Part shown: in pieces, positions 8,553-17,030 of the stretch | Numbering within the stretch: the first letter of the stretch is position 1 | Layout of the letters: each line of letters opens with the position of its first letter | Assembly: GCA_029865445.1 (NCBI GenBank) | Contig: JAOUGY010000001.1 | Span: 1 to 38,864, forward strand | Direction: 5' to 3' | From: Acidimicrobiia bacterium | GTDB taxonomy: Bacteria > Actinomycetota > Acidimicrobiia > Spongiisociales > ZC4RG35 | DNA: 38,864 bases | The notes under the pieces: model-generated | Database searches by the model: none | What the model saw: the letters and a program-made list of their open reading frames with translations, nothing else | What the model was told of the DNA's origin: nothing | Translations under genes and position numbers: made by a program

Positions 8553-8647
8553 GGAGGCGACCGAGCGCCTGGTGGGCTCCGCGGTCTTCAAAACCGTTGG
8601 GGGGCCGAAACGTCCCCGGCGGGTTCGATTCCCGTCCGCCTCCGCCA
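8553..8647 (+). tRNA. selC: tRNA-Sec (anticodon UCA), CCA encoded
   Basis: GGAGGCG...CGCCTCC-G-CCA acceptor. Anticodon arm GCGGT-CUUCAAA-ACCGU. Long variable arm (GGGGGGCCGAAACGUCCCC). T-loop GGGTTCGATTCCC. 95 nt. Confidence 0.85.
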
Positions 8648-8649
8648 CA

Positions 8650-8665
8650 GCCCGTCATGACGGGC
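8650..8665 (+). terminator. Palindrome GCCCGTCATGACGGGC immediately 3' of tRNA-Sec (possible terminator or processing hairpin)
   Basis: Perfect 16-nt palindrome read directly. No clear U-tail. Confidence 0.35.
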
Positions 8666-8919
8666 CTCTTCAGGTCTGGCCCGGTCCGAGGTGGTGGGTG
8701 ATCTGGGCCGTGAGTTGTTGGGCGGGCTCGTAAATGAAGGGTCAGCTGCGCCATCCACCAGCTCATTGCCAGATCGACTTGATCGTGGGTGGTAGAACTC
8801 GGGCGGTGGCCCATGCCCCGTACGGCTCGACACCGGGTGTGATGTCGACGGGCTCCAGACGGATCGGGTCGTGGATCGGGTGACTGTGAGCCCGTGTCAG
8901 TCTTGGCCCAGGCGTTCCT

Positions 8920-9220
8920 TCATCGAGCGGACCGCGACAGCCGATGTTGAACTCGCAGGTGGTTGAGGATCGTCGACACGTAGTTGGCCACGGTCTTGCC
9001 GGACACACCCGAAGACGTGACAGCAGGTCAGGGACCAGGGTGCGTCGAGTCGGTGAACAACCACGTCTCGGGCGGATCGGGCCAGCGACTCGGCCGCGAA
9101 CCGATGTCGCCTGCCTTCGGCGCGGTTCAGGGCTGACACCAGCGGACCGGTGTCGCAGATGATCAGCCGGCGAGCCGTGCCAGCACCACCTCAACGCACT
9201 GGGAGGGGTCCTGATCGTCG
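8920..9220 (-). pseudogene. Remnant of a NarL/LuxR-type response regulator (frameshifted, internally deleted)
   Basis: One frame gives a receiver-like start, ARMVDDDQDPSQCVEVVLARL, then a stop. A second frame gives LARSARDVVVHRL. A third gives VSGKTVANYVSTILNHLRV (LuxR HTH signature), ending at TGA 8920-8922. There is no intact ORF. Confidence 0.35.
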
Positions 9221-9497
9221 TCGACCATTCGAGCGTAGGGCAGTGGCTCAGGCCGTTGAGAGACCACTCGGTGACCAAGGAGGAGAAGGAGGTCTTGCGT
9301 CGCTCGGCCTCACCGTCGAGACGAGCCGCAACGGCGGAGGGAGCGAGATGGTGCGTCGTGCGATTGCCGCACTCGAGAGTATGAACCGCGCGGTATGAAG
9401 ATTCGAGGCCTCTGCGTCAGATCAACCATCAACTGGCAAGAACACCGCCAACGCCGGACCACGCAGATCGGCACCTGATGCGTTTGGCCACTGCCGG

Positions 9498-9887
9498 TCA
9501 GATCGTTTCTATTGCGCATCTGGTGCCGGGCGCCCGCGACAGGCGAGCGTCGGCGCTGAGGAGGCTAGAGCCGAGCGTCTCTGCAAGGGCGATGTAGCAG
9601 GCGTCGTAGGCAGTGAGGTTGTCACGCAACTGCCAGCAGCGAAGCAGCAACGGTGCAGTGGGGTACACGGTGATGGGAAGGTCGAGGAGATCCGTCACCG
9701 CTTGTTCGGCCTGGGTGACGTCGAGGTTCCCGAAGTGGAGCTGTCGACGGATCACCGACACGACCTCGACGCGAAGCAGATCCGGTGCGGCTACCTGCTC
9801 ACTATGCAAACGCTGCCGGAAGCGGACACCGTCGGGCCCCGCGTCGGCAACCACCGGGGCAATGACCGAGGCGTCAACGACGAGCAC
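9498..9887 (-). CDS. vapC: PIN-domain ribonuclease toxin VapC
   Basis: N-terminal VLVVDASV (first acidic residue), a later conserved D in TAYDACYIALAE, and a C-terminal SAD motif. 129 aa, GTG start, overlapping the upstream antitoxin by 14 nt. Confidence 0.85.
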   Translation of the reverse strand: MLVVDASVIAPVVADAGPDGVRFRQRLHSEQVAAPDLLRVEVVSVIRRQLHFGNLDVTQAEQAVTDLLDLPITVYPTAPLLLRCWQLRDNLTAYDACYIALAETLGSSLLSADARLSRAPGTRCAIETI

Positions 9888-10104
9888 GTTCAGACTCGAG
9901 CGCGGCGATGGCGTCCTCTCCGCTCAACCGTCCCTTGTTGCGGTGTTCGATCCGGTCGAGAACTTCGTCAATGGTTGGGGTGGAGGCGATCAGTGCCAGT
10001 TTCGCTGCGAGGTACTGCTGGAGCGACTGGCCGGCCAATTCGGCCTGACGGACCAGTGCTTCGTGGACCTCTTCGGGCACGTCACGCACTTGCACATGCG
10101 GCAT
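9874..10104 (-). CDS. vapB: Ribbon-helix-helix (FitA/VapB-like) antitoxin
   Basis: MPHVQVRDVPEEVHEALVRQAELAGQSLQQYL is a typical RHH antitoxin N-terminus. ORF 9874..10242 trimmed to the ATG at 10104, which has a -10 box 6 nt upstream. Confidence 0.8.
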   Translation of the reverse strand: MPHVQVRDVPEEVHEALVRQAELAGQSLQQYLAAKLALIASTPTIDEVLDRIEHRNKGRLSGEDAIAALESERARR

Positions 10105-10125
10105 GCATGCATAATACATGCAGAT
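10105..10125 (-). promoter_or_regulatory. Putative vapBC promoter/operator: -10 TATTAT 6 nt from the ATG (leaderless), embedded in GCATG repeats
   Basis: Minus strand reads CTGCATG TATTAT GCATGC ATG CCG CATGTGCA. This is an AT-rich patch in GC-rich DNA. Confidence 0.4.
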
Positions 10126-10277
10126 CACTGACGAGGCAAGAGATCCGATCACCAGTCCTGGAATGAGAACGAGCACATCACCGAACCACACCGATCGGCA
10201 CGTCGGCGCGCTCTCGCGCCCTCGGATCGGGTTCAGGATCACCGGGTCAAGCTCGACGGAGCATGCTCAAAGAGTTC

Positions 10278-10717
10278 CTATCGCGCAGAAACGGCCTCGA
10301 ACCCGAGCCGCTGATACAGACCGATCGCGGGGTTCCGTACGCCTGTACTGAGACTCATCCGGGGCACGACTTCGAAAAGTCGGCCGCGGAGGGCGATTCC
10401 GAAGCTCGGCCGCGCCAATCCTGCTTCACGGCAATCGTGAGCTCCGGCATGACGTCGTCGACTTAGCCGTTCCCGCGATCTTCGCCCCGAAACAGACGCA
10501 CCCACGCGGCCCCGACCGGATTGCCCCCGGCTTCGGCCACCAAACCCACGTCACCCATCCTGGTCCCGAATCCGGCCGCATACCGGGCGACCTCCGGTGT
10601 GTCGAGAACGGATCGAGGGAAGGGCTCACAGCCGGTAAGAACGAAGAGCGCCTCGTAGAGCATGTCGAAGAGGAACGCTTCGTCGTGCGAGGAAGCGGCG
10701 CGAATCGTGCCCATCAC
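10278..10717 (-). pseudogene. GNAT N-acetyltransferase, inactivated (in-frame TAA at 10463-10465 plus a frameshift near 10410)
   Basis: N-terminal part is in ORF 10463..10717. After the TAA the same frame continues PELTIAVKQDWRGR. The C-terminal part, FGIALRGRLFE...NPAIGLYQRLGFEAV, lies in another frame (ORF 10278..10505). Confidence 0.7.
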
Positions 10718-11029
10718 CCGCCCGAGCCTATCGAGCCGGCGTCGCCGGGTAGGGCGGCGAGCACGTTCGACTTCCGCTCTTCGAGCTCCGATCGTGTCGG
10801 CCGCGTTGGGGGGTCGTCGAAGGTTGGTGCGTCAGCGTGCCGGTTCCGGAGCGAGGAGAACCACCCGCGCGTAACGGCGCCTCGATGATCGATTCGGCCG
10901 GTTGGAGGGGAGGAACTCGGCGACGGGACGAATCCGATGCTGAGCGCACATGGGTAGTCACGACCGTTGGCCCTAGCGCCGGGCGTCCGCGAAAGGCAAT
11001 CTCGGAGATAGGTAACAAGGGAGGTTGCG

Positions 11030-12691
11030 ATGCGTCCCGTGTCACTTTGGTGCCCTCACAGCAGCAAGTACATACGGGCAGGCGTTGGACCGCACAGTCA
11101 CCTCGCCGCCGTCAGCGACGCCGTAAGCGCGTGGGAGTCCTTCGTCCTCGACGACTTCGGTGCGAGTTCCGTCACGGTGCAGTCCTTGTGGAGCGAGCGC
11201 TTCGTTCGGGCCGGTGTGGGCCCAGACAGTCACTTGGCGGCAGTCAGCTCGCACATCGGAGGATGGGAGACGTTCAAGCTGATCGAGCTCGGCGGAGGGA
11301 AGTCGGCACTTCAGTCCACCCACAGCGGCAAATACGTCCGGGCTGGGGTCGGGCCGGACAGCCATCTGGCTGCGGTGAGTGACCACATCGACGCATGGGA
11401 GACCTTCGAGCTACGAGACAGCGCATGGCGCCCGGACTTCCGACACCCGGATGCCCACATGACGGGCATCCGAACCGTCAGGGGATCCAAGCCGGTTCTC
11501 ACCGTGCTTGTCGACTATCCGGATCAACCCATCAGCGACCACAACGTGGCTTCGGCCGACGGGGTCGGCGCCTACACGGCCAACTCGTTCACGACGATGC
11601 TCTTCGGGCCTCGGCCGAGCGTCCGGGACTGGTTCGAGCAGAACTCATACGGCGCGTTCACCATCACCAATGCCGGAGTCGTCGGATGGCTGCGCGACAA
11701 CCGGGCTTTTGGCGATCGGGTCAACCCCGCGCCGGGCACCTATCGGGCGACCAACCAATACCGAGTGGCCCGGACTCGGGCCGTCCAATTGGCCGATGCG
11801 CAGGTGAACTTCGCGCAATTCGACACCGATGGTGACGGCGTCGTGACTCCCGAGGACCTCAGCATCATCGTTGTCTACTCGCACGGCGAGCACTGGACCG
11901 TGCCGGGCGGGCTGGTGCGGCCCATCAACGCCTTCACTACCGCTGACGGTGTGTACCTCGGGGATCACAAGTCCGCGTCGTTATTCAAAGGTGTCGCCGA
12001 GATGTACCTGCACGCTCCCATGTCGAAGTACATCCACGAGCTCTGCCACCTGCTCCTGCATCTCGAGGACCTCTACGCCGATGTGCCGGCGGGCATCGTC
12101 GGTCGGGCGAGCGACTATTCGATCATGGACGACGACTGGAATTACCGCCACCTCGACCCATGGTCGAAGATGAACGTCGGTTGGGTGCGACCACGGGTGA
12201 TCTTCGGATCAGAGGCGGTCACCCTGCGTGCGATCGAAGAACACGGGGACGTCGCCCTCCTCTACGAACCGGCTCACGGACGGCAAGAGTTCTTCCTCGT
12301 CGAGAACCGTTGGCCGGGGACGTCCTACGACGCCGGGATTCCCGGCGGCATCCCGACTCTGGTCCCCGGACCGGCTCAGAACGAGACGACGAGTGCTGGA
12401 ATCGCAGACGCCGGTCTCGCTGTCTGGCACATCGATCACGGCAGCAAATGGCAGGACGACAACACGAATGGGCGGCGGGCCCTGCGCCTCGTGACGCGGG
12501 ATGGTTCGTGGCCGATCGCATCCGCGACGGCGCTGTGGGACGCGTCAGAGCCGGGTGCGGGCTATGACCTCACCACGAGCTCCGGTCCGGCCAACACCTG
12601 CTGGGCCGATGGTTCGACCAATGCGATCCGCGTCGCCAACATCCCATCAGCCGGGCCGGTGGTGACGGTGACCGTCTCGAACGAGGGATGA
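11030..12691 (+). CDS. Fusion protein: N-terminal three-repeat beta-trefoil (fascin-like) domain + M6 (InhA-like) zinc metalloprotease domain; no signal peptide
   Basis: Three ~44-aa repeats (KY[IV]RAGVGP[HD]SHLAAVS..[AG]WE[ST]F). M6-domain pattern KPVLTVLVDYPDQP...WFEQNSYGAFT. HExxH in IHELCHLLLHLEDLY. Strong SD AAGGGAGG 5 nt before the ATG at 11030. Confidence 0.85.
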   Translation: MRPVSLWCPHSSKYIRAGVGPHSHLAAVSDAVSAWESFVLDDFGASSVTVQSLWSERFVRAGVGPDSHLAAVSSHIGGWETFKLIELGGGKSALQSTHSGKYVRAGVGPDSHLAAVSDHIDAWETFELRDSAWRPDFRHPDAHMTGIRTVRGSKPVLTVLVDYPDQPISDHNVASADGVGAYTANSFTTMLFGPRPSVRDWFEQNSYGAFTITNAGVVGWLRDNRAFGDRVNPAPGTYRATNQYRVARTRAVQLADAQVNFAQFDTDGDGVVTPEDLSIIVVYSHGEHWTVPGGLVRPINAFTTADGVYLGDHKSASLFKGVAEMYLHAPMSKYIHELCHLLLHLEDLYADVPAGIVGRASDYSIMDDDWNYRHLDPWSKMNVGWVRPRVIFGSEAVTLRAIEEHGDVALLYEPAHGRQEFFLVENRWPGTSYDAGIPGGIPTLVPGPAQNETTSAGIADAGLAVWHIDHGSKWQDDNTNGRRALRLVTRDGSWPIASATALWDASEPGAGYDLTTSSGPANTCWADGSTNAIRVANIPSAGPVVTVTVSNEG

Positions 12692-12829
12692 TCGTGCAGA
12701 ACCCAAAAACCGTGGCCTGAATGTGGGCGCACACGGGACGAACCGGGCGCCCTGCTCGGTCCACGGGCGCCCTCGTCCTGCGATTTGGCCTCGAGATCCG
12801 GCAACCAGTGTGGTAGCGCCGCCGCCTCC

Positions 12830-15109
12830 TCAGGACCCGTCCCTGGCGGCTTTGTGCTGGGCGTCGGCGACCGCGATCGCTGTGAGGTTCACCACATCGC
12901 CCACCTCGGCATCGCGTTGGAGAACGTGCACCGACTTGGCCAAGCCCGTGAGGATCGGTCCGATCACCTCGGCGTCCGCCAGCTGATTGAGCAGCTTGTA
13001 TGCGGCGTTGCCCGCCGTCAGCGACGGAAACACCAAGATGTTGGCGGCGTGATCGAGTTGCCCGTGAGGCCGGCGGGCCCGCAACAGATCCGTCTTCACC
13101 GCGGTATCCGCCTGCATCTCACCGTCGGCCTTCACGTCGGGGCACCGCTCGCGGAACAACTCGACAGCCCGCCTTATCCGGGCGGGTTCGTCGCCAACCG
13201 CCGACCCAAAGTCCGAATAGCTGAGGAAGGCCACACGGGGCTCGCGATCGAATTGCTGCTGTGCCACCACCACGGCCGCGTCGGCGATCTCCGCCAACTG
13301 CTCGGCGGTCGGCTCGATGTTCACTGCGCAGTCCGTGAAGAAGTACGGCTTGCCCTTGGCGATCACCACGTACACCGACGAGGCGATCGAGCGACCCTCC
13401 TCGAGCTGAATGATCTGCAAGGCAGGTCGGATCGTCTCGGGGTAGAAGGTGGTGAGACCGCCGAGCAGGGCATCTGCGTCCCCCTGTTCCACCATGAGAG
13501 CCGCAAACACGTTCGGGTCGAAGACCTGGCGTTCGGCATGAGCGGCCGACATGCCCTTGCGGCTGCGCAACTCGACGAGCCGGGCGGCATACGCCTTGCG
13601 GAGTTCTGGCTCCGTCACGGGATCGACGATCCTCATACCGTCGAGTTCGATTCCGAGCTCGACAGCCAGCTCGCGGATCACGCCCGTATCACCCAACAGA
13701 ACCGGACTCCCGATTCCCTCGTCGCTGACGCGCCGTGCCGCCCGCAGGATCCGCAGATCGTCCCCATGCGGATACACGACGGTCTTGGGGCGCGATTTGG
13801 CACGTCTCGTCACCAGAGAGATGAGCCCGTACGACGACTGGAACCTGGCCCGAAGGCTCTGGCGGTACTCGTCCACGTCGGTGAGCGGCTCTCGGGCCAA
13901 CCCTTCCTCACAAGCGGCGAGAGCGACGGCCGGCGCAACCGTCCACAGCACGCGGGGGTCGAACGGCTTGGGAATGAGGTACTCGGGACCAAAGCTCAAA
14001 CGGTCGACGTCATACGCCTTCAGCACCGATTCGGGTACCGGTTCCCGGGCGAGCTCGGCGAGGGCTTTCGTAGCGGCGACCTTCATCCCTTCGCTCACTC
14101 CCCGAGCTCGAACGTCGAGCGCGCCGCGGAAGATGAACGGGAACCCGAGCACGTTGTTGACCTGGTTCGGCGTGTCGCTCCGACCCGTGGCGACGATCGC
14201 ATCCGGCCGTGCCTCCTTGGCGTCGTCGTAGTCGATCTCCGCGTCAGGGTTGGCAAGGGCGAAGACGATCGGAGTGTCGGCCATCGACCGGACCATCTCC
14301 TTGGTGACCGTCCCGCCCACCGAGACCCCCACGAAGGCGTCGGCGCCAACGAGAGCGTCCTCGAGCGTTCTAGCTTCGGTTTCTCGCACGAACTCGAGCT
14401 TGAATCCCGTCACGTCATCGCGTCCGGAGTGGATCACACCCTTCGAGTCGAGCATCAGGACGTTCTCGGCTCGCACACCCAGAGACTGGAAGAACCGCGC
14501 CGTGGCGATACCGGCGGCGCCGGCCCCGCTGAAGACGACGCGGACATCCTCGATCCGCTTCTCGGCCAGTTCCAAGGCGTTGAGAAACGCCGCTCCGCCG
14601 ATGATGGCCGTACCGTGCTGGTCGTCGTGGAACACGGGTATGTCGAGACGAGAGCGCAGGGTCTCTTCGATGTGGAAGCAGTCGGGTGCCCTGATGTCTT
14701 CGAGGTTGATGCCCCCCACCGTGGGTTCCAACAGCTCGCAGAACTTGATGATGTCTTCGGGGTCCTCCGACCCCACCTCGAGGTCAAAAACATCGATGTC
14801 GGCGAAGCGCTTGAAGAGAACTCCTTTGCCCTCCATCACCGGCTTGCTGCCCATGGGGCCGATGTTCCCGAGACCAAGCACCGCGGTCCCGTTCGAGACC
14901 ACAGCCACGAGATTGCCCTTGTTGGTGTATCGGAAGACGGCTGACGGGTCCTTGGCGATGACCCGACACGGCTCCGCCACGCCTGGGGTGTAGGCGAGAC
15001 TCAGATCGGCTTGAGTGGCTGTCGGTTTGGTGGGACGGGTCTCGATCTTCCCGGGGCGACCCCTCTCGTGGTAGTCGAGGGCTTCCGAGAACTGTGCGCG
15101 GTCTGTCAT
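12830..15109 (-). CDS. maeB: NADP-dependent malic enzyme with C-terminal phosphate-acetyltransferase-like domain
   Basis: 759 aa. N-terminal malic-enzyme motifs (LSLAYTPGVA, VVSNGTAVLGLGNIGP, FSGAGAAGIA) and a PTA-like C-terminal half. Confidence 0.93.
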   Translation of the reverse strand: MTDRAQFSEALDYHERGRPGKIETRPTKPTATQADLSLAYTPGVAEPCRVIAKDPSAVFRYTNKGNLVAVVSNGTAVLGLGNIGPMGSKPVMEGKGVLFKRFADIDVFDLEVGSEDPEDIIKFCELLEPTVGGINLEDIRAPDCFHIEETLRSRLDIPVFHDDQHGTAIIGGAAFLNALELAEKRIEDVRVVFSGAGAAGIATARFFQSLGVRAENVLMLDSKGVIHSGRDDVTGFKLEFVRETEARTLEDALVGADAFVGVSVGGTVTKEMVRSMADTPIVFALANPDAEIDYDDAKEARPDAIVATGRSDTPNQVNNVLGFPFIFRGALDVRARGVSEGMKVAATKALAELAREPVPESVLKAYDVDRLSFGPEYLIPKPFDPRVLWTVAPAVALAACEEGLAREPLTDVDEYRQSLRARFQSSYGLISLVTRRAKSRPKTVVYPHGDDLRILRAARRVSDEGIGSPVLLGDTGVIRELAVELGIELDGMRIVDPVTEPELRKAYAARLVELRSRKGMSAAHAERQVFDPNVFAALMVEQGDADALLGGLTTFYPETIRPALQIIQLEEGRSIASSVYVVIAKGKPYFFTDCAVNIEPTAEQLAEIADAAVVVAQQQFDREPRVAFLSYSDFGSAVGDEPARIRRAVELFRERCPDVKADGEMQADTAVKTDLLRARRPHGQLDHAANILVFPSLTAGNAAYKLLNQLADAEVIGPILTGLAKSVHVLQRDAEVGDVVNLTAIAVADAQHKAARDGS

Positions 15110-15163
15110 GGTCGAAGGCTACAGCGCTTGTGCACACCCGGTCACCATGCATACCGTGCCACC

Positions 15164-15268
15164 ATGAACGTTCGGACGGCGGCCAAGATCGCACTCTGGG
15201 TGATGGTTGGCGCCACCGTCCTCGCAGTATTCACTGCGTTTGGCGCCTACCTGGTCGCTACGTTCTGA
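15164..15268 (+). CDS. Possible 34-aa single-TM small protein
   Basis: MNVRTAAKIALWVMVGATVLAVFTAFGAYLVATF, taken from an internal ATG of ORF 15011..15268. No clear SD, so this rests on the hydrophobic helix only. Confidence 0.25.
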   Translation: MNVRTAAKIALWVMVGATVLAVFTAFGAYLVATF

Positions 15269-15301
15269 CAATCGCCGACGTTTTTTGTCCACCCCAACGA
15301 G

Positions 15302-15616
15302 ATGCCAGACTGTCGGACTCACATGACCAAAGACGACACCAACGGTTTTCGCGTACTCAACGGATGGCGGGTGGGAGCCACCCCCGACGAATCGACCACG
15401 AAGTCGGGGCTGCTCGTTCCGATCGGGACGAAAGAGGGCAATGACGCTCTGACCCTCATCGACGTGAACACCGGTCGTCGTTTCTGGGCGGTCCCGTCGG
15501 GGGCGTGGCGGTTCATTTGGCCTCCCACCGGGAAGCCGGTCGTAGCCGTCCGCGAGTCGCAGATCATCGCCGAGGAAGATGCCGCGCAGGTCGGAGACGA
15601 GGGCCAGTACCTCTGA
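15302..15616 (+). CDS. Hypothetical protein (104 aa, no recognisable domain)
   Basis: Third codon positions are predominantly G/C in this frame. The overlapping minus ORF 15119..15685 lacks that signal. Start could be the internal ATG at 15323. Confidence 0.5.
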   Translation: MPDCRTHMTKDDTNGFRVLNGWRVGATPDESTTKSGLLVPIGTKEGNDALTLIDVNTGRRFWAVPSGAWRFIWPPTGKPVVAVRESQIIAEEDAAQVGDEGQYL

Positions 15617-15701
15617 GAGCGGGGTGACCTGTCTCGCCGGGGCCGGTACTCTGATCGATAATGACACACCAGCCGGATGATTCAAGGGGTACCTTCACCC
15701 C

Positions 15702-17012
15702 GTGACGTACGATCATCAGGCACGCGGCCGCCGGCGACTCACCGCCACCGTCACCGACCTCGAGGTCGTACGCCAGAAGGCGTTTCTCGTCGGTGTCGCA
15801 TTTCCCGACACCGACGTCGCAGAGGCGGAACGCTCGCTCGACGAGCTGGCGTTGCTGACCGACACCGCAGGCTCGGATCCCGTCGACTCTGAGCTGGTGC
15901 GGCGTCGTGACCCCGACCCGGCGACCTTCATCGGCAGCGGCAAGGCCCAGGAGCTGGCCGAACTGACGCGTGCGCTCGACATCGACCTGGTGGTGTTCGA
16001 CAACACGCTCACACCGGCCCAACAGCGGAATCTCCAGAAGAAGTTCGAAGTCGATGTCGTAGACCGTGAGGCGCTCATCCTCGATATCTTCGCCCAGCAC
16101 GCCACGTCCAAGGCGGGGGCGATTCAGGTCGAGTTGGCCCTGTACCGCTACAACCTGCCTCGGCTCCGTGGCCGGGGAAAGCACATGTCGCAACAGGGAT
16201 ACGGCGTCCTCGCCCGCGGGCCGGGCGAGACAAAGCTGGAAACGGACCGGCGCAGGATTCTCGCCCGCATCTCCAGGCTCGAGCGCGATCTCAAGGCCCA
16301 GTCGAGGACCCGAGCCACCCAGCGCAAGTCGAGACATCGCAATGACGTGCCCCAGGTGGCCCTCGTCGGGTACACGAACGCGGGCAAGTCGACCTTGCTC
16401 AATCGGCTGACTTCCGCAGAAGTCCTGGCCGAGGACCGGCTGTTCTCCACCCTCGACTCCACCGTTCGGCGATCCGCCCTGCCCGACGGTCGCTTCGTTC
16501 TCCTCTCCGACACGGTGGGTTTCGTGAGACGTCTCCCTCACCAACTCGTGGAGGCCTTCCGTTCGACACTGGAAGATGTCACGGAGGCCGACCTGTTGCT
16601 GCATCTCGTCGACGCGTCGGATCCCGACCCGGCCGGCCAGATCGCAGCCGTCCGCACCGTGCTCGCCGAGATCGATGCCAACTCAATCCCCGAGATTCTC
16701 GTGTTCAACAAGGCCGATCTCGCCGACCCGTTGGCGCTCGGGCGTCTGCGCAACGTCTATCCGGACAGCGTGACGATCTCCGCCCGGACGGGTGACGGCG
16801 TCGATGACCTGCTCCATGCCGTAGCCGAACAGCTGGCCGGGCGACTCCGTCTCTACCAGCTGCTCGTGCCGTACGATCGGGGCGACATAGTTGCAGCCGC
16901 CCATCGGCTGGGTGAAGTGGTCCTCGAGAAACACACCGACGACGGAACCTACATCGACGTGAGGCTGCAGCCGGATCAGGCGGGAAGGTTCGAGTCGTTC
17001 CAAACCGAATGA
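15702..17012 (+). CDS. hflX: GTPase HflX
   Basis: HflX N-domain followed by G motifs (GYTNAGKSTLLN, DTVGF, NKAD). 436 aa, GTG start. Confidence 0.93.
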   Translation: MTYDHQARGRRRLTATVTDLEVVRQKAFLVGVAFPDTDVAEAERSLDELALLTDTAGSDPVDSELVRRRDPDPATFIGSGKAQELAELTRALDIDLVVFDNTLTPAQQRNLQKKFEVDVVDREALILDIFAQHATSKAGAIQVELALYRYNLPRLRGRGKHMSQQGYGVLARGPGETKLETDRRRILARISRLERDLKAQSRTRATQRKSRHRNDVPQVALVGYTNAGKSTLLNRLTSAEVLAEDRLFSTLDSTVRRSALPDGRFVLLSDTVGFVRRLPHQLVEAFRSTLEDVTEADLLLHLVDASDPDPAGQIAAVRTVLAEIDANSIPEILVFNKADLADPLALGRLRNVYPDSVTISARTGDGVDDLLHAVAEQLAGRLRLYQLLVPYDRGDIVAAAHRLGEVVLEKHTDDGTYIDVRLQPDQAGRFESFQTE

Positions 17013-17030
17013 AGTCGGCCAGAGTGGAGA

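Noticed and set aside
10463-10465. In-frame stop inside the GNAT gene as possible recoding, given the nearby tRNA-Sec
   Set aside because: The codon is TAA, not TGA, and a separate frameshift also disrupts the gene. A pseudogene is the simpler explanation.
12808-12826. Possible att-type repeat of the selC 3' end (ccgcctcc) at the far side of the putative island
   Set aside because: The match is only 8 nt, lies in GC-rich sequence and overlaps the maeB stop region. It is too short to distinguish from chance.
12785-14944. 719-aa ORF on the plus strand
   Set aside because: It lies fully antisense to the clearly homologous malic enzyme gene (12830-15109). The translation is Arg/Gly/His/Glu-rich low-complexity sequence with no recognisable motif, which is a typical high-GC mirror ORF.
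15119-15685. 188-aa minus-strand ORF in the maeB-hflX spacer
   Set aside because: It overlaps the plus-strand 104-aa ORF, which shows the stronger third-position G/C bias. The minus product is Arg/Pro/Gly-rich with no motif.
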